DNA of 36,962 nucleotides, from contig JBJKYD010000011.1 in assembly GCA_045561295.1 (NCBI GenBank), positions 1-36,962 of the forward strand. Direction: 5' to 3'. Positions within the stretch are counted from its first letter, which is position 1, and every line of letters starts with the position of its first letter. This DNA comes from Gammaproteobacteria bacterium. GTDB taxonomy: Bacteria > Pseudomonadota > Gammaproteobacteria > GCA-002705445 > GCA-002716945. Under the pieces are notes generated by a model. That model saw nothing but the letters and a program-made list of their open reading frames with translations, was not told the origin of the DNA and searched no databases. Positions 19,231 through 28,737 of this stretch are shown in pieces. The position numbers and the translations under genes are program-made.

Positions 19231-20415
19231 ATGTTTAATAAAACCCTTATATATGTGGCTTTTTTTACTACGCTAAGCATTATTAGCTTGCCTTTGCACG
19301 CAAATGATTCAGAGGTACCAGAAGAAAAAATACAACAGTTTGTTGATGTTTATAAAAAGATTAAAGATCAATATGTAGATGATGTAGATGATAGCACATT
19401 ATTTAATTATGCGATTGAAGGTATGGTCTCAAAACTTGATCCATACTCAGACTACTTATCGAAAGATGATTTCTCTGAGCTCAAAGTAGGCACAACAGGT
19501 AGATTCGGCGGGATAGGAATTGAGATAACCATGGAAGATGGTTTTGTAAAAATAATAACTCCTATCGATGATACACCCGCACAAAAAGCTGGATTGAAAG
19601 CAGGTGATTTGGTAATTGCTGTTCAAGACGTGTCATTAAAAGATAAATCTCTTAATGATGCAGTTAAGTTGATGAGAGGAGAGCCCGGCACAAAAGTAAA
19701 AGTCAAAATTTTACGTGAAGAAGAAAAGCAGCCTTTAGATTTTGAATTAGTTCGACAGGTTATTGTATCAAAAGGAATTAAAACTGACATTTTTAATGGA
19801 GAGATTGGTTACCTAAGATTATCAAGCTTCCAGTCAAACTCTACAACGAATGTAAGGGATGCTATATATGAACTAAGAAAAGATACAGGTAAGATGATGT
19901 CTGCACTTATTCTTGATTTAAGAAATAATCCTGGGGGTGTCTTAGGTGCTGCTGTAGGTGTGTCAGACTTGTTCTTAACATCTGGAAAGATTGTCTATAC
20001 TAAAGGTAGAACCAACAACTCAGACCTAGAGTACTTTGCAAATAGTGAAGATATACTTGAAGGCCTCCCACTATATGTGCTCATTAATGGTGGCTCAGCG
20101 TCTGCATCAGAAATTGTTGCAGGTGCCCTACAAGATCATCAGAGAGCTACAATCTATGGCGAGAAATCATTTGGCAAAGCTTCAGTACAATCTATACAAG
20201 AGATGATTGACGGATCAGCGCTTAAGCTTACGACTGCAAGATACTACACGCCAAATGATAGACATATTCACGGTAATGGTATAGAGCCAGATGTAAAAAT
20301 TGAGTTTGAAGAACTTGAAAAACCAGATGGTCTACTCCCCGACCCTTACAATAAGGATAACCAAATTATTGCTGTTATAACAGATATTAAAAACAAACTT
20401 TCACAAGCTAAATAA
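19231..20415 (+). CDS. ctpA: Carboxyl-terminal processing protease (S41 family)
   Basis: Signal peptide, LDPYS, PDZ domain (GGIGIEI), LDLRNNPGG, GSASASE (Ser), GKASVQ (Lys) and TARYYTP. GTG 19207 is an alternative start. Confidence 0.92.
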   Translation: MFNKTLIYVAFFTTLSIISLPLHANDSEVPEEKIQQFVDVYKKIKDQYVDDVDDSTLFNYAIEGMVSKLDPYSDYLSKDDFSELKVGTTGRFGGIGIEITMEDGFVKIITPIDDTPAQKAGLKAGDLVIAVQDVSLKDKSLNDAVKLMRGEPGTKVKVKILREEEKQPLDFELVRQVIVSKGIKTDIFNGEIGYLRLSSFQSNSTTNVRDAIYELRKDTGKMMSALILDLRNNPGGVLGAAVGVSDLFLTSGKIVYTKGRTNNSDLEYFANSEDILEGLPLYVLINGGSASASEIVAGALQDHQRATIYGEKSFGKASVQSIQEMIDGSALKLTTARYYTPNDRHIHGNGIEPDVKIEFEELEKPDGLLPDPYNKDNQIIAVITDIKNKLSQAK

Positions 20416-20420
20416 GACTT

Positions 20421-21425
20421 ATGTATAGAAGCGTCCTCTTGTTTTTATTCGTGGCTTTAGTTGTATCCTCTTGCTCAAGATCTAAGAAGGATCCTTGTGA
20501 GAATCAGGAACCACAACATACTATAACAACAACAGATGTGTTGGTATGTTTTGAGTCAGTAGATAGTTATGACTTAGATTATGTAAATAAAGAAAAGATT
20601 ATTATTAATGGGAAACTGTATTTCCCAGATATCAAAAAAGATACATATAATGCAGTCATTTTGACTCATGGTTCTGGGGGTAAGAGAAGGTATCATAATC
20701 AATACATTGATGTTCTTACAGATCTAGGTCTAATTGTATTCCAATTAGATCATTATGCTGCTAGAAAAATAAAATATGATAAAACATTTTCAAAAGTTTC
20801 TGGGTTAACTTTCATGAATGATGCATATGCTGCGCTTAATATCTTAAAGACCAATGATAAAATCAACAACGTAGGTTATCTTGGATGGTCACAAGGCGGG
20901 GTAGGTCCAATTCTATCACATTTCAAGTTTGTGAATGATTTGTTGCCAACTAAAGAGAGATTTAAAGCAGCAGTAGCCTTGTATCCATACTGTGGATTTA
21001 CATTTCCTAGTAATACACTGACAGAAACGCCACTTCTAATGATCACTGGTGCAGATGACGATTTAACTCCTGAAGCTGCATGTAGGAATATTTATTTAAA
21101 ATTTTTTAGGGATGATAATCAACTTAAGTTCATCTCAATTGATAATGCTAGACATGGTTTCGATAATCCATTTTTATTTTTTGGGATGACTTTCGATGAA
21201 CTCCCTAATTTAAAAATAATTAATGATGATTGCACACTAACAATTACTGAAACTGGAGAAATTGAAAATCTTAAAGGTGTAGTGATAAATACACCCAAAA
21301 TAAGTGAATATTTTCTTAATAAATGCTCATTCAAAGGTGTAACTGTTAAATATAATTATGAAGCAACTAAAAAGGCTCTATATGAAGTTAGTCAATTTTT
21401 TGATAATAACTTATCAAGTCAATGA
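20421..21425 (+). CDS. Dienelactone hydrolase family alpha/beta hydrolase, predicted lipoprotein
   Basis: Lipobox VSSC, HGSGG, nucleophile elbow GWSQG, YPYC, GADDD and HGFD. Confidence 0.8.
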   Translation: MYRSVLLFLFVALVVSSCSRSKKDPCENQEPQHTITTTDVLVCFESVDSYDLDYVNKEKIIINGKLYFPDIKKDTYNAVILTHGSGGKRRYHNQYIDVLTDLGLIVFQLDHYAARKIKYDKTFSKVSGLTFMNDAYAALNILKTNDKINNVGYLGWSQGGVGPILSHFKFVNDLLPTKERFKAAVALYPYCGFTFPSNTLTETPLLMITGADDDLTPEAACRNIYLKFFRDDNQLKFISIDNARHGFDNPFLFFGMTFDELPNLKIINDDCTLTITETGEIENLKGVVINTPKISEYFLNKCSFKGVTVKYNYEATKKALYEVSQFFDNNLSSQ

Positions 21426-21456
21426 TATTATAAAAAATAAATACTATAATAGTTCT

Positions 21457-21777
21457 ATGAAATATTTTATACCTTTAGTTTGCTTGATTTTTAGTTTACA
21501 AAGCATCGCTCGTGATGAAGTGAGACCGGCTCCACATAATAAGATAGGTCATACTAAACAGTCACAACAAGACAAAGAAAATTCTTTTGTTAATAAGGTA
21601 TTAAATAATAATTTTGATTTCATGGAATCGTCTCAGAGTCCAAATAAAACATCTTATAATGATATTGATGCGATAATATCGCAAATTGAAAAGCTTGCGG
21701 ACCTCAAAAAGCAAGGGATAATTACTGATGATGAGTTCAATAGCAAGAAATCAGTTCTACTAGATAAAATTCAATAA
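21457..21777 (+). CDS. Secreted protein with C-terminal SHOCT-like domain
   Basis: Signal peptide MKYFIPLVCLIFSLQSIA from ATG 21457. C-terminal IEKLADLKKQGIITDDEFNSKKSVLL matches the SHOCT pattern. Confidence 0.75.
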   Translation: MKYFIPLVCLIFSLQSIARDEVRPAPHNKIGHTKQSQQDKENSFVNKVLNNNFDFMESSQSPNKTSYNDIDAIISQIEKLADLKKQGIITDDEFNSKKSVLLDKIQ

Positions 21778-21912
21778 ATGTTGGTGTTCACAATTTGGCT
21801 ATTTCTTATAGCATTATGGAACTATGGCTATCCAGAAGCGCAACCCCTCTATGATGTTATAGCATCTGTGTTGTTGTTCTTTTTCACAAAATTTTTAAGT
21901 AGCTCTATATAG
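21778..21912 (+). CDS. 44-aa small membrane protein (below the ORF-track cutoff)
   Basis: MLVFTIWLFLIALWNYGYPEAQPLYDVIASVLLFFFTKFLSSSI. ATG abuts the upstream TAA, and the peptide is a two-helix hairpin with a structured loop. Confidence 0.6.
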   Translation: MLVFTIWLFLIALWNYGYPEAQPLYDVIASVLLFFFTKFLSSSI

Positions 21913-22483
21913 GTTGAATACATTTATAGTCATTATTCCTTGGTGAGTTAACATATGTTGAAACTTTATGTATCTGTATATTACTTGAAATTTTATCTCT
22001 AAGTATATAATCCCCTATAAGCCATTTTTGAACTTGATCTTCCTCTAGGAGTAAGGGTTGTCTATTGTGTATTTCTGACATTGGCTTTACCGCCTCTTTC
22101 GTTACACAAACGCATCCGCAATCATTGTATAAACCTGCAGCATATATAAGATTACTGTTGAGATGATGATAATAAGGATCTTTAGTATTTTCTCTTCTCT
22201 TCCAATCAAAATATCTTTTCCACTCGAACCAGCCGTCCATAATAAATACACATCTCTTAGCCTGCTTAAATGATGGCTTTTCATGAATAGTCTCATATCT
22301 TGCGTTGATAAGATTCATAGGGTTTTTTGCCCATGATGGTGAATAGCTCCACTTCATTAGACTTATCTCATTTGTTAGAACAAGAACTTCCATGCTGGGG
22401 CAAATATTATAGTTCTGAGCAATATTAATATTAAACTTCTCTTTAACAGCAGACCTGTTTATAAGCGTATATCTTCCACACAT
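21905..22483 (-). CDS. SRAP/YedK/HMCES family abasic-site protection protein
   Basis: N-terminal MCGRY (catalytic Cys2) at ATG 22483 with GAGG SD. Also YNICP, INARYET, GWFEW, IHNRQP and VSTYVN. Confidence 0.9.
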   Translation of the reverse strand: MCGRYTLINRSAVKEKFNINIAQNYNICPSMEVLVLTNEISLMKWSYSPSWAKNPMNLINARYETIHEKPSFKQAKRCVFIMDGWFEWKRYFDWKRRENTKDPYYHHLNSNLIYAAGLYNDCGCVCVTKEAVKPMSEIHNRQPLLLEEDQVQKWLIGDYILRDKISSNIQIHKVSTYVNSPRNNDYKCIQPI

Positions 22484-22526
22484 AAATTTCCTCAATATAA
22501 ATAATCATGCCTTTTATAAAAAATTA

Positions 22527-23318
22527 TTAAAACCTCTCGCGCTGTGCGAAATAGTTTGCTAGTAAAATTCTTTTGCCTGAATCGAGTGGTGTCCCCTTAT
22601 GAATACCCCTAGTGTCAGCAAGTATTAGAGTCCCTTTTTTACTGGTACATGTTATCTCAGAAAAGTTATGCTTGGATTGTAAATCGTTTATTTCTTCAGT
22701 TGAAAAATATCCATAGGATCCCTCGTATCCATATCTATAGTATTCATAGTCTTTCTCTTCTCTCCACTTCCCTGGTCTATGACTCCCTCTTAAATACCTA
22801 AATGGAGCATTCTGCTCACTGACATCCGTCAAGTACAAGAATGCTTTAAATCTATGTCTCCAATCATCAAAGTGGAATACATCAGAGTTACTTTCAACAC
22901 CTGGGTCTGGTCTGATCTCAATCATTCTTTGATAAGAGCTAACATTTTTCCAAACATATGCCGATGCAATATTGTTAATCATATCGTTGTTAAAGAAGGT
23001 CTTCGAAGTTTCAGAAACTTTATCACATTCCAGAATTCGGTAGTATCCATAATTAGGATTATAGATGTGCTCTGTCTCATCATAATTGTTTTTAAGAATT
23101 TCATTCAATGGATTCTGTGTTTCTAAGAGAATGTTATTTATCACTTCTTCGCTTACAAAATTAGGAATAATCACGACACCATCCTTTAAAAGAGTGTCTA
23201 ATGTTTCTCTATACTCATATGATATTTTGTTTTTATAAGACGTGTAGAAGTAATACCTCTTCTTGAGTAGCTTAAAATATAGTTCAGTATTCTTAATATA
23301 ATTATTTATAAACATCAT
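22527..23318 (-). CDS. Phytanoyl-CoA dioxygenase family Fe(II)/2-oxoglutarate oxygenase
   Basis: DGVVIIPNF, HxD motif FHFD, YLTDV...APFRYLRGSH, DTRGIHKG and a distal Arg. Confidence 0.8.
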   Translation of the reverse strand: MMFINNYIKNTELYFKLLKKRYYFYTSYKNKISYEYRETLDTLLKDGVVIIPNFVSEEVINNILLETQNPLNEILKNNYDETEHIYNPNYGYYRILECDKVSETSKTFFNNDMINNIASAYVWKNVSSYQRMIEIRPDPGVESNSDVFHFDDWRHRFKAFLYLTDVSEQNAPFRYLRGSHRPGKWREEKDYEYYRYGYEGSYGYFSTEEINDLQSKHNFSEITCTSKKGTLILADTRGIHKGTPLDSGKRILLANYFAQRERF

Positions 23319-23426
23319 ACTAATATTACTATAACGTATGTGGAATTACTCAAATAAATAGTCATCAGCTGTTAAGCTCAGCTCTATGGTAAAAGAATTC
23401 GTATGAGGGTATGTTTTATAATTTAA

Positions 23427-23813
23427 CTATTTATTGAATTGTTTCCAATTATTTTTTTGTTTGAATTGAATCAGCTCTTCATCCCATTCTTTAAAGATTT
23501 TTTGATATTGAGAATTGTTTTTATCAGATGCTGGCTCATCGCCAATTTTATAAAATGCTGCACTTCTATTCTTACAAATATGTGAGTATTGATTCTGTTT
23601 CATTAAGTCCAGTGATAAATAAAATTCTTCACAGGCTTCTAATTTTCCGGTTCCGATCATATCTTTACTTTTTTCTGTTAACCTTCTGAATGATCCTGTT
23701 AATTCTTTAACTTCACTTTGAGATAAATTGGTCCCAAATTTTTCATTAAAATGTTTTTCCTTCCTTAACTGATTGTCCCAGTCAATAACTCTTTTTTTTA
23801 CTATATCAACCAT
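23427..23813 (-). CDS. Hypothetical protein, translationally coupled to acs
   Basis: 128-aa hydrophilic ORF with TAATG overlap at the acs stop. No family recognised. Confidence 0.65.
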   Translation of the reverse strand: MVDIVKKRVIDWDNQLRKEKHFNEKFGTNLSQSEVKELTGSFRRLTEKSKDMIGTGKLEACEEFYLSLDLMKQNQYSHICKNRSAAFYKIGDEPASDKNNSQYQKIFKEWDEELIQFKQKNNWKQFNK

Positions 23814-25753
23814 TATATATTCTTCCTGTTAAGTATTAGCTCATCAACTACGCCAGGGTCTGCTAGCGTTGATATATCGCCTAAGTTAGTATAATCGTTT
23901 GTAGATATTTTCCTTAATATTCTTCTCATAATTTTACCAGATCTAGTCTTAGGTAATCCATTCGTAAATTGTATAAAATCAGGTTTTGCAATTGAACCAA
24001 TTTCTTTTTTGACCCATGCTAATAAATCATTTTCTAATTGCTCGTTTTGTTCAGTACCTTTATTTAAAGTGACGAATGCATATAAGCCTTGTCCTTTTAT
24101 GTCATGAGGATATCCAACTACAGCTGCTTCAGAAACATACTGATGAAGAACAAGTGCGGATTCTACTTCGGCAGTTCCCAGACGATGACCTGAGACATTT
24201 ATTACATCATCCATCCTTCCAGTGATCCAGTAATAACCGTCTTCGTCTCTCCTACAACCATCACCAGAAAAATATCTCCCTGAATACTGTTTAAAGTAGG
24301 TATCAATGAATCTATCATGATCACCATATACGGTTCTCATTTGACCAGGCCAAGAAATGTCAATACATAGACTTCCTTCTCCTGGACCCTCTATTTCTTG
24401 ATTATCCTTGTCAACAATTGAAGGTTTTATTCCTAAGAAAGGGAGGGTGGCAGATCCAGGTTTCATGTCAATTGCTCCAACTAATGGAGAGATTAATATC
24501 CCTCCGGTTTCTGTTTGCCACCAAGTATCGACTATGGAGCATTGAGAATTTCCTGCGGCTTCGTAGTACCATCGCCATGCCTCTGGATTTATTGGCTCTC
24601 CGACACTTCCTAAAATTCGTAGCGATTTTCTAGATGTATTTTCTAGGAACTTATTACCTTCAGACATTAGAGCGCGAATAGCCGTAGGTGCAGTATATAA
24701 AATATTAATTTTATGTTTATCTACGATTTCCCAGAATCTACTAGCTGTCGGATAATTAGGAACTCCCTCGAACATAACTGTGGTCGCCCCATTACACAAA
24801 GGGCCATAGATAATGTAAGAGTGTCCAGTCACCCAACCTACATCAGCAGTACACCAATATATATCATCATCATGATAGTCAAAAACATATTGGTGAGTTA
24901 ATGATGCATAAACTAAATATCCTCCAGTAGTATGAAGAACACCTTTAGGTTTCCCGGTTGATCCAGATGTATATAAAATAAACATTGGATCTTCTGCCGA
25001 CATTTTTTCTGGTTCAAATGTATCAGAAGAGTTATCAATTAAATCATGATACCAATAATCATATTTATCATTCCATGGAACATCATTTCCTGTTCTTTTC
25101 ACAACTATACATTTTTCAAAATCTTTAACTTTGGAGATAGCCATATCAACATTGCTTTTTAATGGAATGATTTTACCTCCTCGAACACCTTCATCGGAGG
25201 TAATTATAAATTTAGAATTGCAATCTTCTAACCTACCCGCCAATGCTTCAGGAGAAAATCCCCCAAAAACAACGGAATGAATCGCGCCTATCCTAGTACA
25301 GGCAAGCATAGCAACTGCAGCTTCAGGAATCATTGGCATATAAATAGTAACTCTATCGCCTTTGTTGATACCTAGTGACTTTAATCCATTTGAAAATCTA
25401 CATACTTCTATTAAAAGTTCTTTATAAGTAATTTTTTTAGTATCTGCTGGATCATCCCCTTCCCAGAGTATTGCAACTTTATCACCAAATTTTTCAATAT
25501 GGCGATCAATACAGTTATAAGATACATTCAATACTCCATCTTCATACCATTTAATGTAGAGATTGTTTATATCATACGAATAGTCTCTGATTTTTGTATA
25601 AGGTGTATACCAGTCAAGTCGCTTGCCTTGTTCTTCCCAAAAGGATAATGGATCTGTAATAGATTGATTATAAAGTTTTTTATAATCTTCTTTATTTATT
25701 AGTGCTTTATCTTTAACCCAATCTTTGGATTTATAAATATCAGATACGCTCAT
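23813..25753 (-). CDS. acs: Acetyl-CoA synthetase (AMP-forming)
   Basis: [52 protein letters not shown] and [12 protein letters not shown]. Confidence 0.96.
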   Translation of the reverse strand: MSVSDIYKSKDWVKDKALINKEDYKKLYNQSITDPLSFWEEQGKRLDWYTPYTKIRDYSYDINNLYIKWYEDGVLNVSYNCIDRHIEKFGDKVAILWEGDDPADTKKITYKELLIEVCRFSNGLKSLGINKGDRVTIYMPMIPEAAVAMLACTRIGAIHSVVFGGFSPEALAGRLEDCNSKFIITSDEGVRGGKIIPLKSNVDMAISKVKDFEKCIVVKRTGNDVPWNDKYDYWYHDLIDNSSDTFEPEKMSAEDPMFILYTSGSTGKPKGVLHTTGGYLVYASLTHQYVFDYHDDDIYWCTADVGWVTGHSYIIYGPLCNGATTVMFEGVPNYPTASRFWEIVDKHKINILYTAPTAIRALMSEGNKFLENTSRKSLRILGSVGEPINPEAWRWYYEAAGNSQCSIVDTWWQTETGGILISPLVGAIDMKPGSATLPFLGIKPSIVDKDNQEIEGPGEGSLCIDISWPGQMRTVYGDHDRFIDTYFKQYSGRYFSGDGCRRDEDGYYWITGRMDDVINVSGHRLGTAEVESALVLHQYVSEAAVVGYPHDIKGQGLYAFVTLNKGTEQNEQLENDLLAWVKKEIGSIAKPDFIQFTNGLPKTRSGKIMRRILRKISTNDYTNLGDISTLADPGVVDELILNRKNI

Positions 25754-25788
25754 ATTAAAGACTACTTTCCTTATAGAATTATTTATTT

Positions 25789-25854
25789 TTAACTTTTAAA
25801 GCCACAACAAAATAGCCACATTAAAAGCACAAACGCTATAATTGATATAACCAT
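25789..25854 (-). CDS. Candidate 21-aa hydrophobic small protein
   Basis: [21 protein letters not shown] with SD-like AGAGGGG 6 nt upstream, in the blh-acs gap. Confidence 0.4.
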   Translation of the reverse strand: MVISIIAFVLLMWLFCCGFKS

Positions 25855-25936
25855 TTCAAACCCCTCTAATCTGAGTATCTTCTTTTAAAAAATAAAATCA
25901 ACAATGATAATAATATTAGAATAATCTAATTTAGTA

Positions 25937-26782
25937 TTACTTATAACTAAACTTATTCTCATAAATGATATTCAATAGTAGGTGAGGCAGAGTTAGGCAA
26001 GCTAGTGTGATAAAAATATATTTAATAATTATTTTTTCAAACGATAAATTTGAAAACTCTGTCATGTATCCTAAAACCGCCGCAGTAAAAACAACTGTCA
26101 GCACGAGAAAGATAGTTGCAAACTTCATAACATTAATCTGGCTTGAAAAAATATTACTATCTCCCATTGCATGTAAGTAATGCCTAATAGAGTGGTGGAA
26201 ACAAAAATAAAGTATGAAGGATATTAACGGTGGTAAAAATATGAAGTTGATAAGTAATAGCCCATATAGTGGGAGTAATTTTTTTACTTTTAGAAATAAT
26301 AGACCAATAAGCCCAAAACAATATACATATTTTATTAAGTCAAAGTTATTTTGATACGTAATTGTTTGATTTAGTAGTATATCAAAAAAATAATACACCT
26401 CGTTAGTATGAAATAAGATTGGGACAATAATAGGAACGCTTCCTAGATACAATATCAATAAAATATTATTGTTTTTTATGTCCTCTGTCTCTTCTATACC
26501 AAAATGATAAATAGACATAATCAAGAATATAGTCAGGGCTAGAGCAGGAGATATAAGCCAAGCCAGAAAGTAAATCAACGATAATGATGTATATGTAGAG
26601 ATAAATTTAGTAAGCCAATTGTTATGCTGATTAAACAGTTTTTTTGCAATCAAGAAATCAAAATAACCATGAGGTATACCTATTATGGTAACAGTTGTGA
26701 GCAGGAGTATTAGTTGAGTATTTATATTAAGAATTGTTGGTTCAATAATCATAAGCAACAAACTAATTATGCTTAGGTTCAT
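25937..26782 (-). CDS. blh: Beta-carotene 15,15'-dioxygenase (Brp/Blh family)
   Basis: Membrane protein with the four His motifs GIPHGYFD, YHFG, FCFHHSIRH and LTLPH. Last gene of the rhodopsin-crt cluster. Start is 26782 or 26839. Confidence 0.9.
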   Translation of the reverse strand: MNLSIISLLLMIIEPTILNINTQLILLLTTVTIIGIPHGYFDFLIAKKLFNQHNNWLTKFISTYTSLSLIYFLAWLISPALALTIFLIMSIYHFGIEETEDIKNNNILLILYLGSVPIIVPILFHTNEVYYFFDILLNQTITYQNNFDLIKYVYCFGLIGLLFLKVKKLLPLYGLLLINFIFLPPLISFILYFCFHHSIRHYLHAMGDSNIFSSQINVMKFATIFLVLTVVFTAAVLGYMTEFSNLSFEKIIIKYIFITLACLTLPHLLLNIIYENKFSYK

Positions 26783-26804
26783 TAATAATATCAGTTGATA
26801 TTTT

Positions 26805-27926
26805 TTATATACTTCTTGTTGTAAATGATTTAATAGCATATTTTATAAATATTAGTTTAGGCATATTCCAAACGATTATTAGTATGTCGACTAGAGTTGG
26901 CTTATCCGATAAAAATCTAATGACTCTTTTGCTGTCATTACACTCAAACATCCTATAGAGAATATTTTTACTGGCAATAGGGTGATCTTTTATTATTTGC
27001 AAAAGTACATTGTCCATTTTTCTTAAAATTCTGCTTTTAAATGTAGCCGGAAATTCAATATAAGTATCTCCATCTAATTTTTTTATATATTCATCTGCTT
27101 GTTTTTGGATGTTTAGAAATGTATACCCTGTTGATGCTCTCGTAGAGCCGGAGGGGATTCCGATATTTAAATAATTTGAATTTTTTCTATTTATTTTAAC
27201 ATTTGTAGTTAATGGAATTTCACCATATTCTTCTCTTATAATTGAGTATTCATCTCCATATCTTTTTTTAATATACTCATGAACTTCATCTGTCATTTCA
27301 TTTTTATCTTTTCTAAGTGATGTGTAGTAAGTTGATTCAAACAAGTACGTGTCATCCCCCATAGGTAAGCAATAAAAAAAATGAAATTCGTTTTTATCCG
27401 TAAAATCCATGAGTTGAGTATTAAAGTTTTTTATTTCTTTATTGAATCTGATAAATAATCCTTTAAATACTTGCTTCATTTCAATTGCCTGACTATTTGG
27501 TCTACTATCAAAAATATATTTAGCATTTATTGATCCTTTATTGAGATTAATATCATAACGGTCATGTGTTGTAATAATTTCTTTTATTTCTGTATCAAAC
27601 ATTATTTCCACATTAGCGCATTCATCAATATTATTGAGAACATATTTATCGAAGTCATAAGAATCAATACTGCAGTAGTTCTGTTCAGAACAATCGAGTA
27701 TCGAAGTTGATTTATTATTGTGGATAGATAATTTTTTATTAATATATTTATTTAAATGTTTAAATGGGTGATCATAATCATCCCAGTATGACCATGTTTT
27801 TCTTATCCTATTTGTAATAGGCTTATTTTCAATCAAACATACGCTATAAGAACTATTAATTAGTCTATAAGCAAGACTAAGTCCTGAGCAACCTGCGCCC
27901 ACTATTACTATGTCATAATCTTTCAT
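26805..27926 (-). CDS. crtY: Lycopene beta-cyclase
   Basis: GAGCSGL FAD motif, KTWSYW, FDSRP, LMDF, FFYCLP, EYGEIP and STGYTF. Confidence 0.88.
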   Translation of the reverse strand: MKDYDIVIVGAGCSGLSLAYRLINSSYSVCLIENKPITNRIRKTWSYWDDYDHPFKHLNKYINKKLSIHNNKSTSILDCSEQNYCSIDSYDFDKYVLNNIDECANVEIMFDTEIKEIITTHDRYDINLNKGSINAKYIFDSRPNSQAIEMKQVFKGLFIRFNKEIKNFNTQLMDFTDKNEFHFFYCLPMGDDTYLFESTYYTSLRKDKNEMTDEVHEYIKKRYGDEYSIIREEYGEIPLTTNVKINRKNSNYLNIGIPSGSTRASTGYTFLNIQKQADEYIKKLDGDTYIEFPATFKSRILRKMDNVLLQIIKDHPIASKNILYRMFECNDSKRVIRFLSDKPTLVDILIIVWNMPKLIFIKYAIKSFTTRSI

Positions 27927-28737
27927 GAGTGTTTGGTAAACCTTGTAATGATGAATGAAGGGACTGGTTATGGACTTTGGGCGAACATAATAGGTATCTA
28001 TATATAAAGATAAACACAGTTTTTATGAATACTAAAAATTTATCTATCTTAGTCGTATTTGCTTTTTTAATTATAAAACTTTCTTCATTATTTTTAATTT
28101 TGAAACCAATTTGTTGGTACAACATCAGCGCGAATAAAATAGAAAACCTTGTGTTTAATGGTATATATTTAATTCCCTCTAGTGCGCTTTCATAATATCT
28201 ATTTGATAATGCAATTAGTTCACAAGTAGTTTTAAAAAGTTTATTGTTCTTTCTGCTTACCATTTCACTTTTAGTAATTATGTCTTTAGGAAGATAGATT
28301 CTACTCATAGAAAAATCTTCTTTAATATCTCTACATATATTTGTAATCTGCATTGCAATGCCTAAATCTATTGCATGATACTTAGCTCGTCTGTCAGTTA
28401 TGTTAAGGACATCACACATCATAATGCCCACACACCCTGCTACTTTATAGCAGTAATTTAATAGGTCCTCCATAGAGGAAATCCTATTTGAATACATGTC
28501 TGAATCAATACCTTCTTTAAGTTGGGCTATAACCTTCTCATCAATCCCAAAGCTTCTGATCTTTTCTTCTAATTCTGATGTATTGACAGAACGCTTATGA
28601 TCTACATTATCATCATATAGTCTGCAGAATGCATATACAGATAAGACTTTCTTTTTAATATTTTTTGGAAGAAATAAAGATGCAACATGAAATGTCTTGC
28701 TATTTTGTTTAAGGATATGATTACTAGACTCAACCAT
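27913..28737 (-). CDS. crtB: Phytoene synthase
   Basis: SKTF, YAFCRLYDDNVD, YCYKVAGCVG, LGIAMQITNICRDIKED and RIYLP. Confidence 0.93.
   Translation of the reverse strand: MVESSNHILKQNSKTFHVASLFLPKNIKKKVLSVYAFCRLYDDNVDHKRSVNTSELEEKIRSFGIDEKVIAQLKEGIDSDMYSNRISSMEDLLNYCYKVAGCVGIMMCDVLNITDRRAKYHAIDLGIAMQITNICRDIKEDFSMSRIYLPKDIITKSEMVSRKNNKLFKTTCELIALSNRYYESALEGIKYIPLNTRFSILFALMLYQQIGFKIKNNEESFIIKKANTTKIDKFLVFIKTVFIFIYRYLLCSPKVHNQSLHSSLQGLPNTHERL

Noticed and set aside
23330-23420. CTGATGA (minus strand, 23368-23362) beside a short AGCTG/CAGCT hairpin as a hammerhead ribozyme or riboswitch
   Set aside because: No matching GAAA core or three-way stem structure could be built.
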